Shown: in pieces, positions 1 to 11,882 of the stretch | Numbering within the stretch: position 1 is the first letter of the stretch | Layout of the letters: every line of letters starts with the position of its first letter | DNA from: Geosiphon pyriformis uo1 | Taxonomy: Eukaryota > Fungi > Glomeromycota | Length of the DNA: 64,000 nucleotides | Direction: 5' to 3' | NCBI GenBank assembly: GCA_016748015.1 | Contig: JAAOMT010000697.1 | Location: 504,868-568,867 of the forward strand | The notes under the pieces: model-generated | What the model saw: the letters and a program-made list of their open reading frames with translations, nothing else | Databases searched by the model: none | What the model was told of the DNA's origin: nothing | Translations under genes and position numbers: made by a program

Positions 1-58
1 TCAAAAAGTCTTTTCTTTCAGTGTTTCTAATGAATCAAGGTTCCCTTCTCATAAACAG

Positions 59-2887
59 GCCAATACCCACCACCACCTCAACAGCCTTCTTATTCGAGTT
101 ATCAAGGTCCTCCTCCAGGGGCAATAAATCAATACATTCAACCTATGAGGCCCCCTTATCAACGGCCACTTTTGTCTTCTTCTACTTCCCCTCCTCTTGA
201 TGACCTCGCTATTTCATTTGATAGTCTAGCAATGTCTTTAAGAGCGACTGCTGGCCCTACGGAATTGGAGAATTTTCAAGTGTCGCTTTCCTTGTTGATG
301 CACGATTGTTCTCAATCTAATATTCAGGTATAAATCTCTCTTGCCTTCTTTTCATTGTAGAAATTATTTTTAATCACCAAGATTGGTTCGAATATTGGTT
401 TGTCTGTTAACAGCGCGGCAAAACATGGATATTTGATCATTGCACAACCTCGGCACAATTTGAAGTTCTTGCACGTTTCATAATATCGTTATCGAAATCT
501 CGACCAATTTTTGAGGACAAGTTACATCTAATATACCTTATCAATGACGTTCTGTTCCATAGGTTAATTTGATCAAGTTAGGGCATGATTTTTTTCCAAT
601 TAAAGAGACTTTTACCAAATGTATATATTTTTCTTTTTTAACAGTGAACGTCGACAAGAGCCCTGGATCAAAGAGGCATTACATCCACATTTGTTATCTT
701 TACTTCGTGCTGCTTATCATTTCATGGATGCATCGGAATCTCAACAAGATAAAGTTCTTAAGGTGATCTTCAAAATCTTTACATTGATCGATAACGAACT
801 TCAGATTTTTTAAGGAGAAATCCAACAATAATCTTTATATTTTATACGAAAATAGGTTATTTCCATATGGGGAGATAAACATTACTTTGACGAAATAAAG
901 ATAAATGCGCTAAAAGCTGGAGTTCTAATACCACCACCACCTCCTGGTCAGCCTCCTATATCAAACTTTGCTGGACTTTCACTAGGACAACATCCGTTCG
1001 GGAATCCACATTTTGCTCTGCAACATTCTGTTTCGCCTTTTTATAATACAGGACCACCACCACCACCACCACCACCACCGCCACCACCAGCTCCTCTATT
1101 TCCTAATCTCCCACAAAATTTACCCCCCACAAATCCTCTCATCTCACCTACCCTATCACCTAATCATATGAGACCTATATCTGAACCTGGACCTCCTGGA
1201 ATTCCATCTCAATTCCTACCCGGACCTTCTCCGCCAGCTATTCCAATGCAGGGAGTAATTGCTTGCCCTAATATTCCACCTCCAATTCCCCCGGTCCCTG
1301 AAAAGAAATATCATGAATTGCCAGCTGGGTTGATGGTTCCTTTGGTCTCGGTACGAAAATTATTATACCTTGAATTTTTTTGTTTTCTATGTTTTATTCT
1401 TTTAATCTTCTACTTATTTCTTCAGCACTCTTAGAGTGAGAATCCGCCATACTCTCCTATCCCCGTAGCCTCTATTAGAATTCCTCCTCATCGTCTACCA
1501 CCCACGCCAGAATTGTTGGGCGCTTTAGATAAATTTTATGAAGGGCTTAAGTTAATCCTTGCGCCAGAAGAAGAGCAAGAAAGCCTGAAACAAAATATCA
1601 AGATTGAATTGGACAAGGAGGGATGGGAAAACGGATTTCTGGACGATTTCTATAAAAATTTGCAGGTGCGTCGAGCAGCTGCAGCTGCCAAAGCGATTTC
1701 CGAAAGACATCGGCGTCATCTTCCCTATCAAACGCGTGAAAGGGATGATAGAGGAAGAAGATGGTCAAGGGATCGAAGTTATTCCAGATCGAGGTCTTCT
1801 TCACGACACCGATCGAGAAGAACAAGGCGTCGTAGCTATTCTGATTCATCGAGTCGGAGTCGAAGTCGAAGCAGAGGTAGAAGTCGAAGTAGGACGAGAC
1901 CACCTGGACGCAATAAAATTAGGGGAGATAAAAGTCGTAGTAGAAATCGTTCAAGATCAGGTTCAAGAATCCGTTACAGAAGTCATAGTCGGTCCAGGCA
2001 TTCTTGGCGAAGGGGACGCTCGAGATCTACGTCTAGCTCATCCCATTCTAGATCTGCCTCTCGATCAAGATCACTTTCTGAATCAAGGTCTCGGCCTAGG
2101 TCCCGATCAAGATCTAGAACACGTACAAAGTCGATATCTTTATCCCGATCGAGATCGAGATCTATATCAAGGACAAGGAATAGATCAAGGTCTCGATCGA
2201 CATCCTCTTCTCGATCATATGTGCGTAGGGGAATTAGAAGTCGTGGCAGGCATCGTCCCAACGATTATAGTTCATCTTTACGCAAACGGCTTCGTAGCCG
2301 ATCTTATAGTCGATCACGATCAAAAAGTCCCCAAGCTTATGGTGGTGGTGGTCTAGGCTATTCGGGGCATGGGGAAGAAGGTGCTAGACCCGACAAAATG
2401 ATATCTGATCAGAATGTTGGGTTTCAAATCTTGAAAAAACTTGGTGCGGCTCTCTAAACATTGAAGATCACGAAAATTTCGATTTTTCTTATCAACGCTA
2501 TAAATTGGCATATTTTCTTAAAAGCTATTTTACTTTGTAGGTTGGGAAGGTGCTGGCAAGGGATTGGGCTCATCTTCAACAGGTATATCTGAGCCCATCA
2601 TAAGCGGTGAAGTAAGGCATGGGGAACATAAATATTTAGGGGTTGGGCACGATCGAGGTGAAGGTGATGACATTTTCGATCAATATCGTAAACAAAAAAG
2701 TTACACCTATCAAAGGATCGATGTTCCTTCTAAAGAAAAACCTACAGGATGCTTTCGTTGTGGAAAGGTAAGTCGAAACTGTTATACACTTTCACAATTC
2801 TATATTTTGACTACTTTAAATACCCCATATTGTCTATAGCCAGGACACATTGCGCGAGAGTGTCATGAAATCGGACCGTTTCATTAA
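59..2887 (+). CDS. CHERP: CHERP/SCAF6-like splicing factor (CID, Pro-rich, RS, G-patch, C-terminal CCHC knuckle); 5' end lies outside the window
   Basis: GT-AG exons 59-327, 414-562, 645-762, 856-1350, 1435-2443, 2541-2767, 2840-2887 join in frame. CID motif KLHLIYLINDVLFH; CHERP-typical YHELPAGLMVPLV, EGWENGFLDDFY and DIFDQYRKQKSY; G-patch NVGFQILKKLGWEG..GLG..GISEPI; CFRCGKPGHIAREC. Confidence 0.88.
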
Positions 2888-3064
2888 CATGCAATATGTG
2901 CCGTCATCAGAGTAAAGATTAATTAACTATTGATTTAACAAAAATGGCGGGTTATTTTTGCCCACGAGTTCTACAACCCAACCGAGATATTAGCTTTTTT
3001 TATTTGGCAATGGGGAATTATATCACATATTGGTACGTTTTCAGAAATCAGTGGGTACTTCAAT

Positions 3065-3838
3065 CTAAGGCTTCTTTACCAATATTGAATTCAAACCTTG
3101 TTTATTTCGGCTTATTTCGATCGCGTAAAACTAAAAATATTATGGATTTTATAAATTTTAAAAACGTCAAGATAAAATCGAGGTGTACATTGAAACTTGC
3201 CTGTATTCTGGTAACTGTTTGAAACAGAAGCAATCGAAAATGTGAAAAAGGAGGGTGCTGATAATAATAGCTCATGAGTTAACCGCTTACCAAAAATAGT
3301 ATTCTCAGCAGTGTAATCGCCATTGACATTTATTCGCAACAATGTTCCAAAATTATAATCAGCAACTTTTTTCTCATATTTCATCATCCATTCACGCCAT
3401 TTAGCCTTTGCCGATTCGATTTTCATTTCATCTTCGTTAATTTTGTCGATAGCTAATCCGGCGAAAGTTGATTGAAAATCAGCATAAATTTCATCATCAA
3501 TGCTATATTATTCGAAGTTAATTAAAAATCAGATTCGATATTATGCATGGCCTAATTTAATGCAAAAAAAATCCAAAATATAGTACGGAGTTAGCCGAAG
3601 AGATTTGCCATCAAGAGTGGAAATAAGTTTGAAATATGTTTCCGCGTGGTGAAGCGCCTTCACCGCCCACTGCTTTTCTGGAAGTGCAACAAAGTTCTGT
3701 GTGAACTTGAAAATTCGCGCTATTCCCTTCTCTGCGTTCTATGGATTTAATGATCATGCGGGGTAAAAAACGAAACGATGTTCGTATACCAATGTCGGGA
3801 TGGTTTTCTTGAAGTTCTTCAGCAGGTGGTAACGACAT
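3065..3838 (-). CDS. PBDC1: PBDC1 / Ypl225w (Chp1)-like protein
   Basis: Exons 3838-3790, 3677-3587, 3502-3291, 3214-3201, 3130-3065 give MSLPPAEE..EKQWAVKALHHAETYFKL..IDDEIY..KAKWREW..DYNFGTLLR..ENTIFVTRIQFYAIEISRNK, matching the family signature. Confidence 0.9.
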
Positions 3839-4150
3839 TTTTGGCCGAAGTTTGAAGTTTAATCTAACGGATAAAGGATTGATCGTCCGTATTTCATAAA
3901 GGTTACTTGAACCAATCAAATTCCCGCCCGACAAATTAAACCCAGCCACAAATAAAACTACCGAGCTGAATGCTCAAAATCATTTTACGCTTTTTGGTGT
4001 CTCGCGGTGAAACTTGACCAGGTTTCTTGAAACTCGGTAAACATTTTTTGGGCTATCTCGAGAGTTTGATTTGTCTTTTACTAATCTTCATAATTCCTCT
4101 CCCGATGTTATCTCGGTCCAAAGTTTTATCGCAATCTGTACTCCTCACAA

Positions 4151-5998
4151 ATGACAGAGACTGTACCCCTATCAAATCAAGAAGGGAGAGACTTTCACAA
4201 TGATTTCAAAAACTATCATACTAAACTTCAGGCAGAGTTTGAGCAAGCTTCTGAAGCCCCGTCAGAATCATTAATGCAAGATATGGATTCACAGAATAAG
4301 ACGCCACCTATAACGGACACGATAGATCAGTCGAATAGCGAACCTGAAGGAAACAACATCAGTTCACCAACACCCCCTTCACCAATTTTAGACTTTGAGG
4401 TTGAAAAAACACCCTGCCCTGTTGTTTCTTTGCGTGAAGAAATTCTCGAAGAGGAAGAATTGGCCGACTGTCCTTGTCAAAGATTTAGCGTAGCTCCTGG
4501 TTCAGCGACTTGTAGCAATTGTTACAGGATGGTGCCTGCAGTGGCTGAATTATACAGAGAACGCTTGCAGCTAGTTGAAGATTTAGATATTTCTCATGAC
4601 AAAAATAAGGAAGAGTCCGAGAAATCTGAACAGAAAAACGTTCAACTTCAAACATTACAAGAAAAACTAGTAAAATTAGAGGATCAACTCGATGCTAAAA
4701 CCGATGAATTAAATGATCTACAGAGAGCAATGTCAGTATTAAATGAGAAATATGTTGATGAAATTGATAAGGTGGCTGAATTACAGCATTCTAAAGATAT
4801 GGTAGAAGGAGAGCTGGAAGAATTGAGCAGATCATTATTTGAGCAAGCAAATGGGATGGTGGCTCAAGAAGCAAAACAACGTTATGAGTCGGAAGTGCAA
4901 CGAAGATTGTTAGAGAACCAACTCCAAGAAACTCGGGAGAGATTGACAGCCGAAAGTTCACAACTCCAAGAATTACGTGAAAGGATGGAAAAAATGGTCC
5001 AGCAACAGCCTGAAACAGATAGTAGACGTTCAAGCAATCATAGTGATCCTTCTTTTAGGGCCAGCATTGATCTAGCTGAACTTTTTGGTCTGCGTGAAAG
5101 ATCTCCAGATGCCGCAGCAATATTACCACCACCAACAGGGGAGGATGGATTTGGAATTGATGAAGAGCTACTTGCGGAGTTCAAAGACTTCCTTATTCAA
5201 AGTCCATCCGTTCGCATTCAAAAAATCCATACCATCCCCTTTATGCGACATTGCCTCGATGAGGATATAGATCCGTGTATGCGATTCGGAAATAATCCAC
5301 GTGTGTCTCCCCGAAGAATCGTTGATGCTATTGTTGCGAATACATGTTGCATTGAAGAGGCACCTTTGGGGGCCGATAAAGAATTTGCTCAAAACCTTAA
5401 TTCTCCAATTCGTAATTCGACTGCTAAGCCAATGTTATGGGAACGCTTTAGTGGAAATGGTTCATCACTTCCGCGTGCTGGTTGTCAATGTTGTGGTCGG
5501 TCCGGCTCTTTGCCCTTCCAGTATCGCATAACGACACTTGACGATTGGGCACTGATTGATCGATACTGTCGTGATAGATTAGTAGCAGTTTGCGAATTTT
5601 ATGTTTTTATTCGCAACATCCGGCAAGGTCTTTATAATAATCGTAAACTTGAGGATCTTTACGCTGAATGTTTACGCTTAAGGCTACAAATTTTTTATGC
5701 AAGACTTGGAGCTTTACCCTCAGTTTTCAACACTCTTGGGATAAAGGGTACTGAATTAGCATCGGCACGGAAACCATCGTTGCAATTATGTGAGCTTAGT
5801 GAAAAGACATCGGTTGCAATTGAGGATCCTTCACCGTTAACTACTAATGATTTTGAAGATCAAAATTCAAATTTCCCCATTATTTCGAATGGTGATGCAC
5901 CTACAAATGGAAATTCAATGCCATCTAGTCCTACAGATCCTTCCCTACCTGTGACTCATCCTACTGCACCAACAGCTGTAATCGGTATAACTGGATAG
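4151..5998 (+). CDS. SEC2: Rab guanine-nucleotide exchange factor Sec2 (Rabin8 family), intronless
   Basis: 615-aa ORF with coiled coil and Sec2 motif ELEELSRSLFEQANGMVA; C-terminal EDIDPCMRF, CQCCG and CRDRLVAVCEFYVFIRNIRQGL. Confidence 0.92.
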   Translation: MTETVPLSNQEGRDFHNDFKNYHTKLQAEFEQASEAPSESLMQDMDSQNKTPPITDTIDQSNSEPEGNNISSPTPPSPILDFEVEKTPCPVVSLREEILEEEELADCPCQRFSVAPGSATCSNCYRMVPAVAELYRERLQLVEDLDISHDKNKEESEKSEQKNVQLQTLQEKLVKLEDQLDAKTDELNDLQRAMSVLNEKYVDEIDKVAELQHSKDMVEGELEELSRSLFEQANGMVAQEAKQRYESEVQRRLLENQLQETRERLTAESSQLQELRERMEKMVQQQPETDSRRSSNHSDPSFRASIDLAELFGLRERSPDAAAILPPPTGEDGFGIDEELLAEFKDFLIQSPSVRIQKIHTIPFMRHCLDEDIDPCMRFGNNPRVSPRRIVDAIVANTCCIEEAPLGADKEFAQNLNSPIRNSTAKPMLWERFSGNGSSLPRAGCQCCGRSGSLPFQYRITTLDDWALIDRYCRDRLVAVCEFYVFIRNIRQGLYNNRKLEDLYAECLRLRLQIFYARLGALPSVFNTLGIKGTELASARKPSLQLCELSEKTSVAIEDPSPLTTNDFEDQNSNFPIISNGDAPTNGNSMPSSPTDPSLPVTHPTAPTAVIGITG

Positions 5999-7305
5999 AA
6001 TTCCAATTCAGTAATTATTTAATCGTCTAAATGAAAAGATGTCTCATTTCGGAGTTGTCCTCGCTCAAAGATGGAAACATTCCCTTCCTGATGAATTGAC
6101 TTTTTTGTCAATTACGACCAAGCTTTTCGTCTTGTATGATGGTAAAATTACCCGCCCATCTATGTTAAGAGGTAAAAGGAGCATGATAATCAATCCGGGA
6201 CAACTAAACATTGATTGTATCTTTGCATGAAAGACAGATCACCTTTGTTTCTTCCTGTCCTTTTGGCCTTTAACATTTTTCATCTTTGCATTTTGGTTAT
6301 TTTGTTTTCTTTTTTTTTGATATTGATTATTTGATTGGACAATCGTCATGTCTCTTCCTTTCTCGCACTATGTATAATTTTTTGATGTTTTATTATATAT
6401 AACTGTATATTTTTATAATCGCTTTCCCTCACTTTTTATAACACTATTCAAAATTAATGTCCGGTTTTTTTCTACCCACCAATTGCATCTTTATTGACCA
6501 ATATTGAAATTCATACAACCTCCGAAAAACTGAAAGGTTTTTGTAGAATTGCTATTGATCGTTCAAAAGAAGACTTGAACTTCTCAAACTTAAGATGGTA
6601 TTTTTCAATATGTTGCCTGATAAATTGAACCAAAACCAAATAGGATGGTTTTTATATAACTTTTATTGTGTTTTAAAATGTATAATATAGAAGTTCAAAA
6701 ATACTTTTTGTAAAACTGGTTTACTTATTTATTTATTTAGGTCAAAAATAGAAACAAAAGTTTTTTGTATAAGATTGTTTCTTTAAAAAAAACTTTAAAA
6801 ATAAATTTATTTTTGTGAAAAATATCCAATTTTATATTAACAATAAAAAAAATTATTGTAAATTATTAAAAATAAAAATTTTGGTAAATTAAAAAAAATT
6901 TTTTTTATTAATTTAATTAAGTATAATTTTACTAAGTTTTATTCTTAAAAATTAAATTATAGATTTAATTTATGTATTTTTTATATATAACTAATTATTA
7001 AAAAACTTTTTTGCATTTTAATACAAAATTTATTATACTTATATAATAAGTTTTATATTTATAATTAAAGAAAAAAGTAAATTTAAAACAACTTTTATTA
7101 TTTTTTAATATATTTAAAGTATTTTTATTTAGATAATTTTTTTTATAATAAAAATAAATAAACACTACTTTAAAAAAATACTTTTTTTAAGTAAAATAAG
7201 CTTTTTATTAGTTTAAAAACAGTATTTTTGGCTTTAAATAAAAGTTTTTCTTTATTCAAAGTTTTTTTAAGCAGTTTATTAAAAATAGTTTAATATAATT
7301 ACTGT

Positions 7306-8192
7306 TGTTACAGGTAATTATTTGAGATGTTGAAACAAATAACAAATCTGTAATTTGGAACTTAATAGCTATTACTAATAATAATTTTTAAAGATTTTAG
7401 AGTTTAAAGATTTTGGTTAAGTTCTTTATATAATAAACAAAGATTTAATTGATAATTATCTTCCATGAATTTTTTTCTTTAGTGTAATGGCCAGTTTATT
7501 CTGATTGTTATGCTCTTTTAGTAAGCTATTTTTAAGTTTTTTACCTTTGTTTCTAAGTCTTTTACCAGACTATTTTTAATGTCAATTACTTAGTACTTAA
7601 TCTTTTTAATCAATTAATAAACAACAAAAAATAAAAATAAAATAAAATAAAATTAAAAATTAAAAAATTAATGTCTTGTTAATAGTTATAATTAAGAGCT
7701 ATTGGTCTAATGTAGTTAAGTATTAAATTCTATTAACATGAAGTGTTAATAGTGTAAAAGTGATTAATATTTTTTAATTAGATAATGATAATATAGATTG
7801 AATAATAATAGATAATTTTATTAATATTGATATAATTCTACTTCAAGTTATAAAAAACTATTTTTTAAAGAAAAGAGTATTAGATAATTACTTATCTCTA
7901 ACTATTGTTTTTTATTTGAATCTGAATCTAAACTTAACTACTTTTCTTTTTTTAATATTTTTGCTATATATATATAATTTATGTTATACAATATTTCTTG
8001 AAATTTTTTAATTTCTTTAAAAAAAATTCTGAAATTCTACAATTTTGAAATTTTTTAAAAAGAATTTTGGAATTTTAAAATTTTGAAATCTTATAATTCC
8101 TTAAGAAAAATCCTGGAATTCTTCTATTTACTATATATTTTTCTTATTGGCTATTTTTCTACTTATTATGATTCCTATTTCTATAATTAATA
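7306..8192 (-). mobile_element. Degenerate solo LTR (Gypsy family A)
   Basis: TGTTACA...TAATA termini, 4-bp TSD CTGT (7302-7305 and 8193-8196), homologous to the LTRs at 8960, 15474, 17635 and 42972. Confidence 0.8.
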
Positions 8193-8250
8193 CTGTTATT
8201 ACTATTAAAAATTTAAAAATATTTGGTATTAAAACTGTTTTTTACTATTG

Positions 8251-8959
8251 TTTTTTTATTTATTTAAATAATTTTTTTTATTAAAGTTTAATAAGTACAA
8301 ACTAATTGCTATCTAATATACAAAACCAAAATTAAAAGTCTTAGCTAAATACAATTCACACTTTTTCTACATATTACCAATTATTCAAACCAATTAAAAA
8401 CACATTATACTAATGCTTTAAAAGAAAACTTATTCAAAGAAAACATTTTTTAAACAATTTCAAATAATATAGTACTATTAAAAATCAAGTTTACTAATTA
8501 GTTAGCTATCTTAAAAACATTAGACTTAATATTAACTGGTTTATATTTCCAAAATAACAATAAATTAGAAAACATATTATTATTAATAGCAGACAAATTC
8601 ACATAAAAACCAAACATGTTAATTTTATTATAACTACACTTATTTTTTAAAACAATCATATCTCACTCCAATTTATTCACAACTTTGCTAAAAGTACTTA
8701 TATGTACTAAAATCTCATTGATTTTAAGACTGAAAACACTGTTTAATATAAGATTATTTTAACAAACTGCTTAAACACAGTAACCAATATATTAACAAAC
8801 TTAACAATCAATTTAACCAAAGCTAACAACTTAACCAAATTAGATTTCAAAGATACCAACCAAGAAAAAATTAAAAAATTACCAACAATTACAAAAGAAA
8901 AAGCAGAAGCCACCAAAAAAAAAACACAGAAAGATTTAAAAAAGCAAAAATCTTAACAT
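8251..8959 (-). mobile_element. 3' part of ORF1-only LINE derivative (second copy), truncated by an LTR
   Basis: Reverse complement aligns with 38920-39618, including the ORF end (..KMFSLNKFS..), the 3' UTR and the A-rich tail. Confidence 0.75.
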
Positions 8960-10898
8960 TGTTACTCATAGAAATATAGGAAATATATTAGCATAATTAT
9001 TAACCAATCAAAAGTAAGCGTAGTAAATGTGGAATTCCAGGATTCCTCTCAGGAATTGCAGGATTCCAGAAATTTCAGGATTCCCCAACGAGGAATTGCA
9101 GGATTCCAGAATTCCAGGATTCCTCTCAAAGGAATCACAGGATTCCAAGAATTTTAAGATTCCTGTCATGAAGAATCGAGGAATTGAGGAATCTCAATTA
9201 TGTATATATAGCAGTAGTATTAGAAACAGAAAAGACAGAATTGATACCACAGAATCCTTAGCCTAGAAACAAAAATCATCAAATAAATAATTATTTCATA
9301 TCTCAATCCACTTTCCACTATCAACACTTCATGTTGATAATAAGTGATACTTAACCATATTGGAACAATAGCTCTTGATCATGGCTATTAACGGGATACT
9401 AATCTGCAAATTGCCTTGGCTTATTTCTTTTCTTTCTTTATTTTTCTCTTATTTTTCTTTATTTTATTTTGATTTATTATTGTGCACTAACACATTGATT
9501 GAAAAGCACTGATTACTGACATCAAGGATTGCCTGGTAAAAGACCCCTGTGAAAGGGTAGGATATATACAGAAGATACGAATTACTTACCAGAGAATTGC
9601 CGGCCACCAAGCCGAGAAAAGAATTAACAAACTTGCAAATCTGGGAAGCTCTAGATAAAACAACTATTGAATTTCTGTTCATTATACAAAGAACTCCATC
9701 AAAACCTTCAGATACAATGCTCGCAGAATCTCATCAACGGAAATAGCTTCATGAGTACCAAGTTATGAGTTGTTATTTACTTCAACAGCAGAAATAATCC
9801 CCTGTAACATTTGGTGCTCCCTGTGAGGTATAATCCTACAGAGAACCAGCACCAACCCAAATCTAAACGTGGCAGAATCAGAAAATATAGGAGCAAACCA
9901 TTTAGGATTCGCGAAATCCTTGTTTCAACAATACAGCCAACAATTAGGATTAAACAGTAATCATTACCCAGCTGAATCAGTCTTTAACTTTTACATTAAC
10001 AACAGAATCACTGAATGCTTAGGAGGAACAGTTAACATTGAAGCAACAAGAGAAAACTTTTACACAAAATTATTCCAACATACCAACTTACCAAAGAACT
10101 ATAGTTTTGCACCAATAATCAGAGAAATCAACCAGACTATTGAAAGGTACACTCAACAACAATTTCCCATTACCTATGCAGACAAAGGTAAAGGAAGAAT
10201 ACAAATACCAGCACCAATACCAAAAAGAATACAGTTACCTAGTTGGAAGAAGCACAGAGTAGAATTACCAACCACTCCATTATATCACTACACACCTGGA
10301 AGCGCCATCAACATCTTATTAGTAGACGTGTCCACCTCAAACATAACATTAACAATTGGAAAATTCCAGTTCCAAAGCAAACAATGGAAAAAAGATTTAC
10401 TAGGGCCATATAGAGCATATTTTGAAGGATTTAAATCACAATCACCAACTCCATTAGGAATTCAATCACCACTGCCTCAACCAGACTTTGGAATCGCTAC
10501 CCCATGGGAACTATCTGAAGAAAAAGAGGAAAAAGAATCAGAAGATCAAGAATTTACTTACCAAAACCCGATCACTAAAAACCCAGAAGTTGAAACCCCA
10601 AATTTCAAGCTCAGCAAAGTCTAAATCTAGAAAATTTGGAAATTGAAACCCCGAATCATCAAAGGCAGAACAATCCAAACCCCGAATTAAGTAATCAGCA
10701 AAACTTACCTCCGGTAATCATCATCAATCAACCACTGATTAATCCAGTAGCCAAACTCATACAACAGTCATTTCAACTACCATCCCAACAACCAGTACAA
10801 TAACAACTACTTCAACAACCACCACAACAACCCAACTTAGATCCAATGGCCTATGCACCAATTGCAAAACTTGACAACTTTACTGGTGAAGAAAATGA
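8960..10898 (+). mobile_element. Truncated Ty3/Gypsy element: 5' LTR (8960-9809), PBS, Gag N-terminal extension and start of capsid
   Basis: LTR TGTTA..TAACA; PBS TGGTGCTCCCTGTGAGG right after it; ORF 9869-10624; gag start MAYAPIAKLDNFTGEE near 10846, cut by the next LTR. Confidence 0.85.
9001..9212 (+). promoter_or_regulatory. LTR U3 promoter: CCAAT box, GGAATTCC/GGATTCC repeat array with HSE-like motif, TATA
   Basis: AACCAATCA at about 9002; TTCcaGAAatTTC at 9064-9076; TATATATA at about 9203. Confidence 0.5.
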
Positions 10899-11882
10899 TG
10901 TTACCGGAGGTTTTTGGTCTCTTTTCTTAAATGTTGTTGATGCTTGTTTGCTGTGAATTCACGTTTTCTGGATGTGGTTGAACCTCCAGTAACTGAATTT
11001 ATCTTCAAATTATCTTCTATAATTTGAACTTGCTGGGCTTAAAAGTGGAATGGCCAATTCCATGCCAGTTACTTTATATAGTTACATTGTAGTAAATGTC
11101 AACTCTTTCCCAGAAATTGCTCGTCTGGAAGCTCACTAAATTGTGTATAGTTACTTTTGCTGTGAAAGTCAACTCTTCTACAGGAATCTCGTCTGTAGAC
11201 TACCCTAATGATTATGATAATAAAATAAAAGAAAAGGAAAGAAAAAAAAAATGAGGAATTGATTTGTTAAAGTCGTTTTGAATCCAGGTCTGGAAGTGTT
11301 TTAACAGTCTACTGAAATTGGTAGCTAATCAATTTCAAACTGTTAGTTGTGTTTTTGAGGATTTTCCAAATGCGATAATTTAAAGAATTTGGTTTTTCGA
11401 ATTATTTGATATTTATTTCTTTTTGTGTGTGTAGGAATAGTTCTAAGTGATAAATCTAAAGTAAGATACATTTTCTCGAAGAGAGAAGCTCTTCTTTTAT
11501 ACAACTTGTTGTAACACTATTCTATGAACTTGAACTTTGCTCTTTTTTACAATTTTGCTAAACTGAAGATACATTTTAGTAAACTACAGGTTATTTCTGC
11601 AAACTATTGGATATTTCGGTGAACTATTAATTATTTCGGCAAATTTCTACAAATTTCGGCGAACTTTTTGAATGTTACATAGTTCGGGGTATTGCATAAT
11701 TGATTATCACAATTAGGTTACATTTGTGTTATGTACAAATTGGGTTATTAATTAAATAATAATTTTGGACATTTTGCTAATATACTAAGTGATAATTTGA
11801 AACAATAATATATGTTAATTAATAATAGGAATTATAAAGATAATTTCATGCTAAATAATATCTCTAATTTTGTCTGGTAACA
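10899..11882 (-). mobile_element. Solo LTR of a second family
   Basis: Inverted termini TGTTACCGGA / TCTGGTAACA; about 20-bp internal repeats at 11580-11670; minus-strand TATAAAAG near 11500; no TSD. Confidence 0.65.

Noticed and set aside
1598-2356. Alternative-frame and antisense ORFs (DLDRD- and EVEV-rich)
   Set aside because: Shadow frames of the RS-repeat exon of the CHERP-like gene.
9027-9266. 79-aa ORF with repeated RIP/SRIP peptides
   Set aside because: Translation of the LTR U3 repeat array; no coding evidence.
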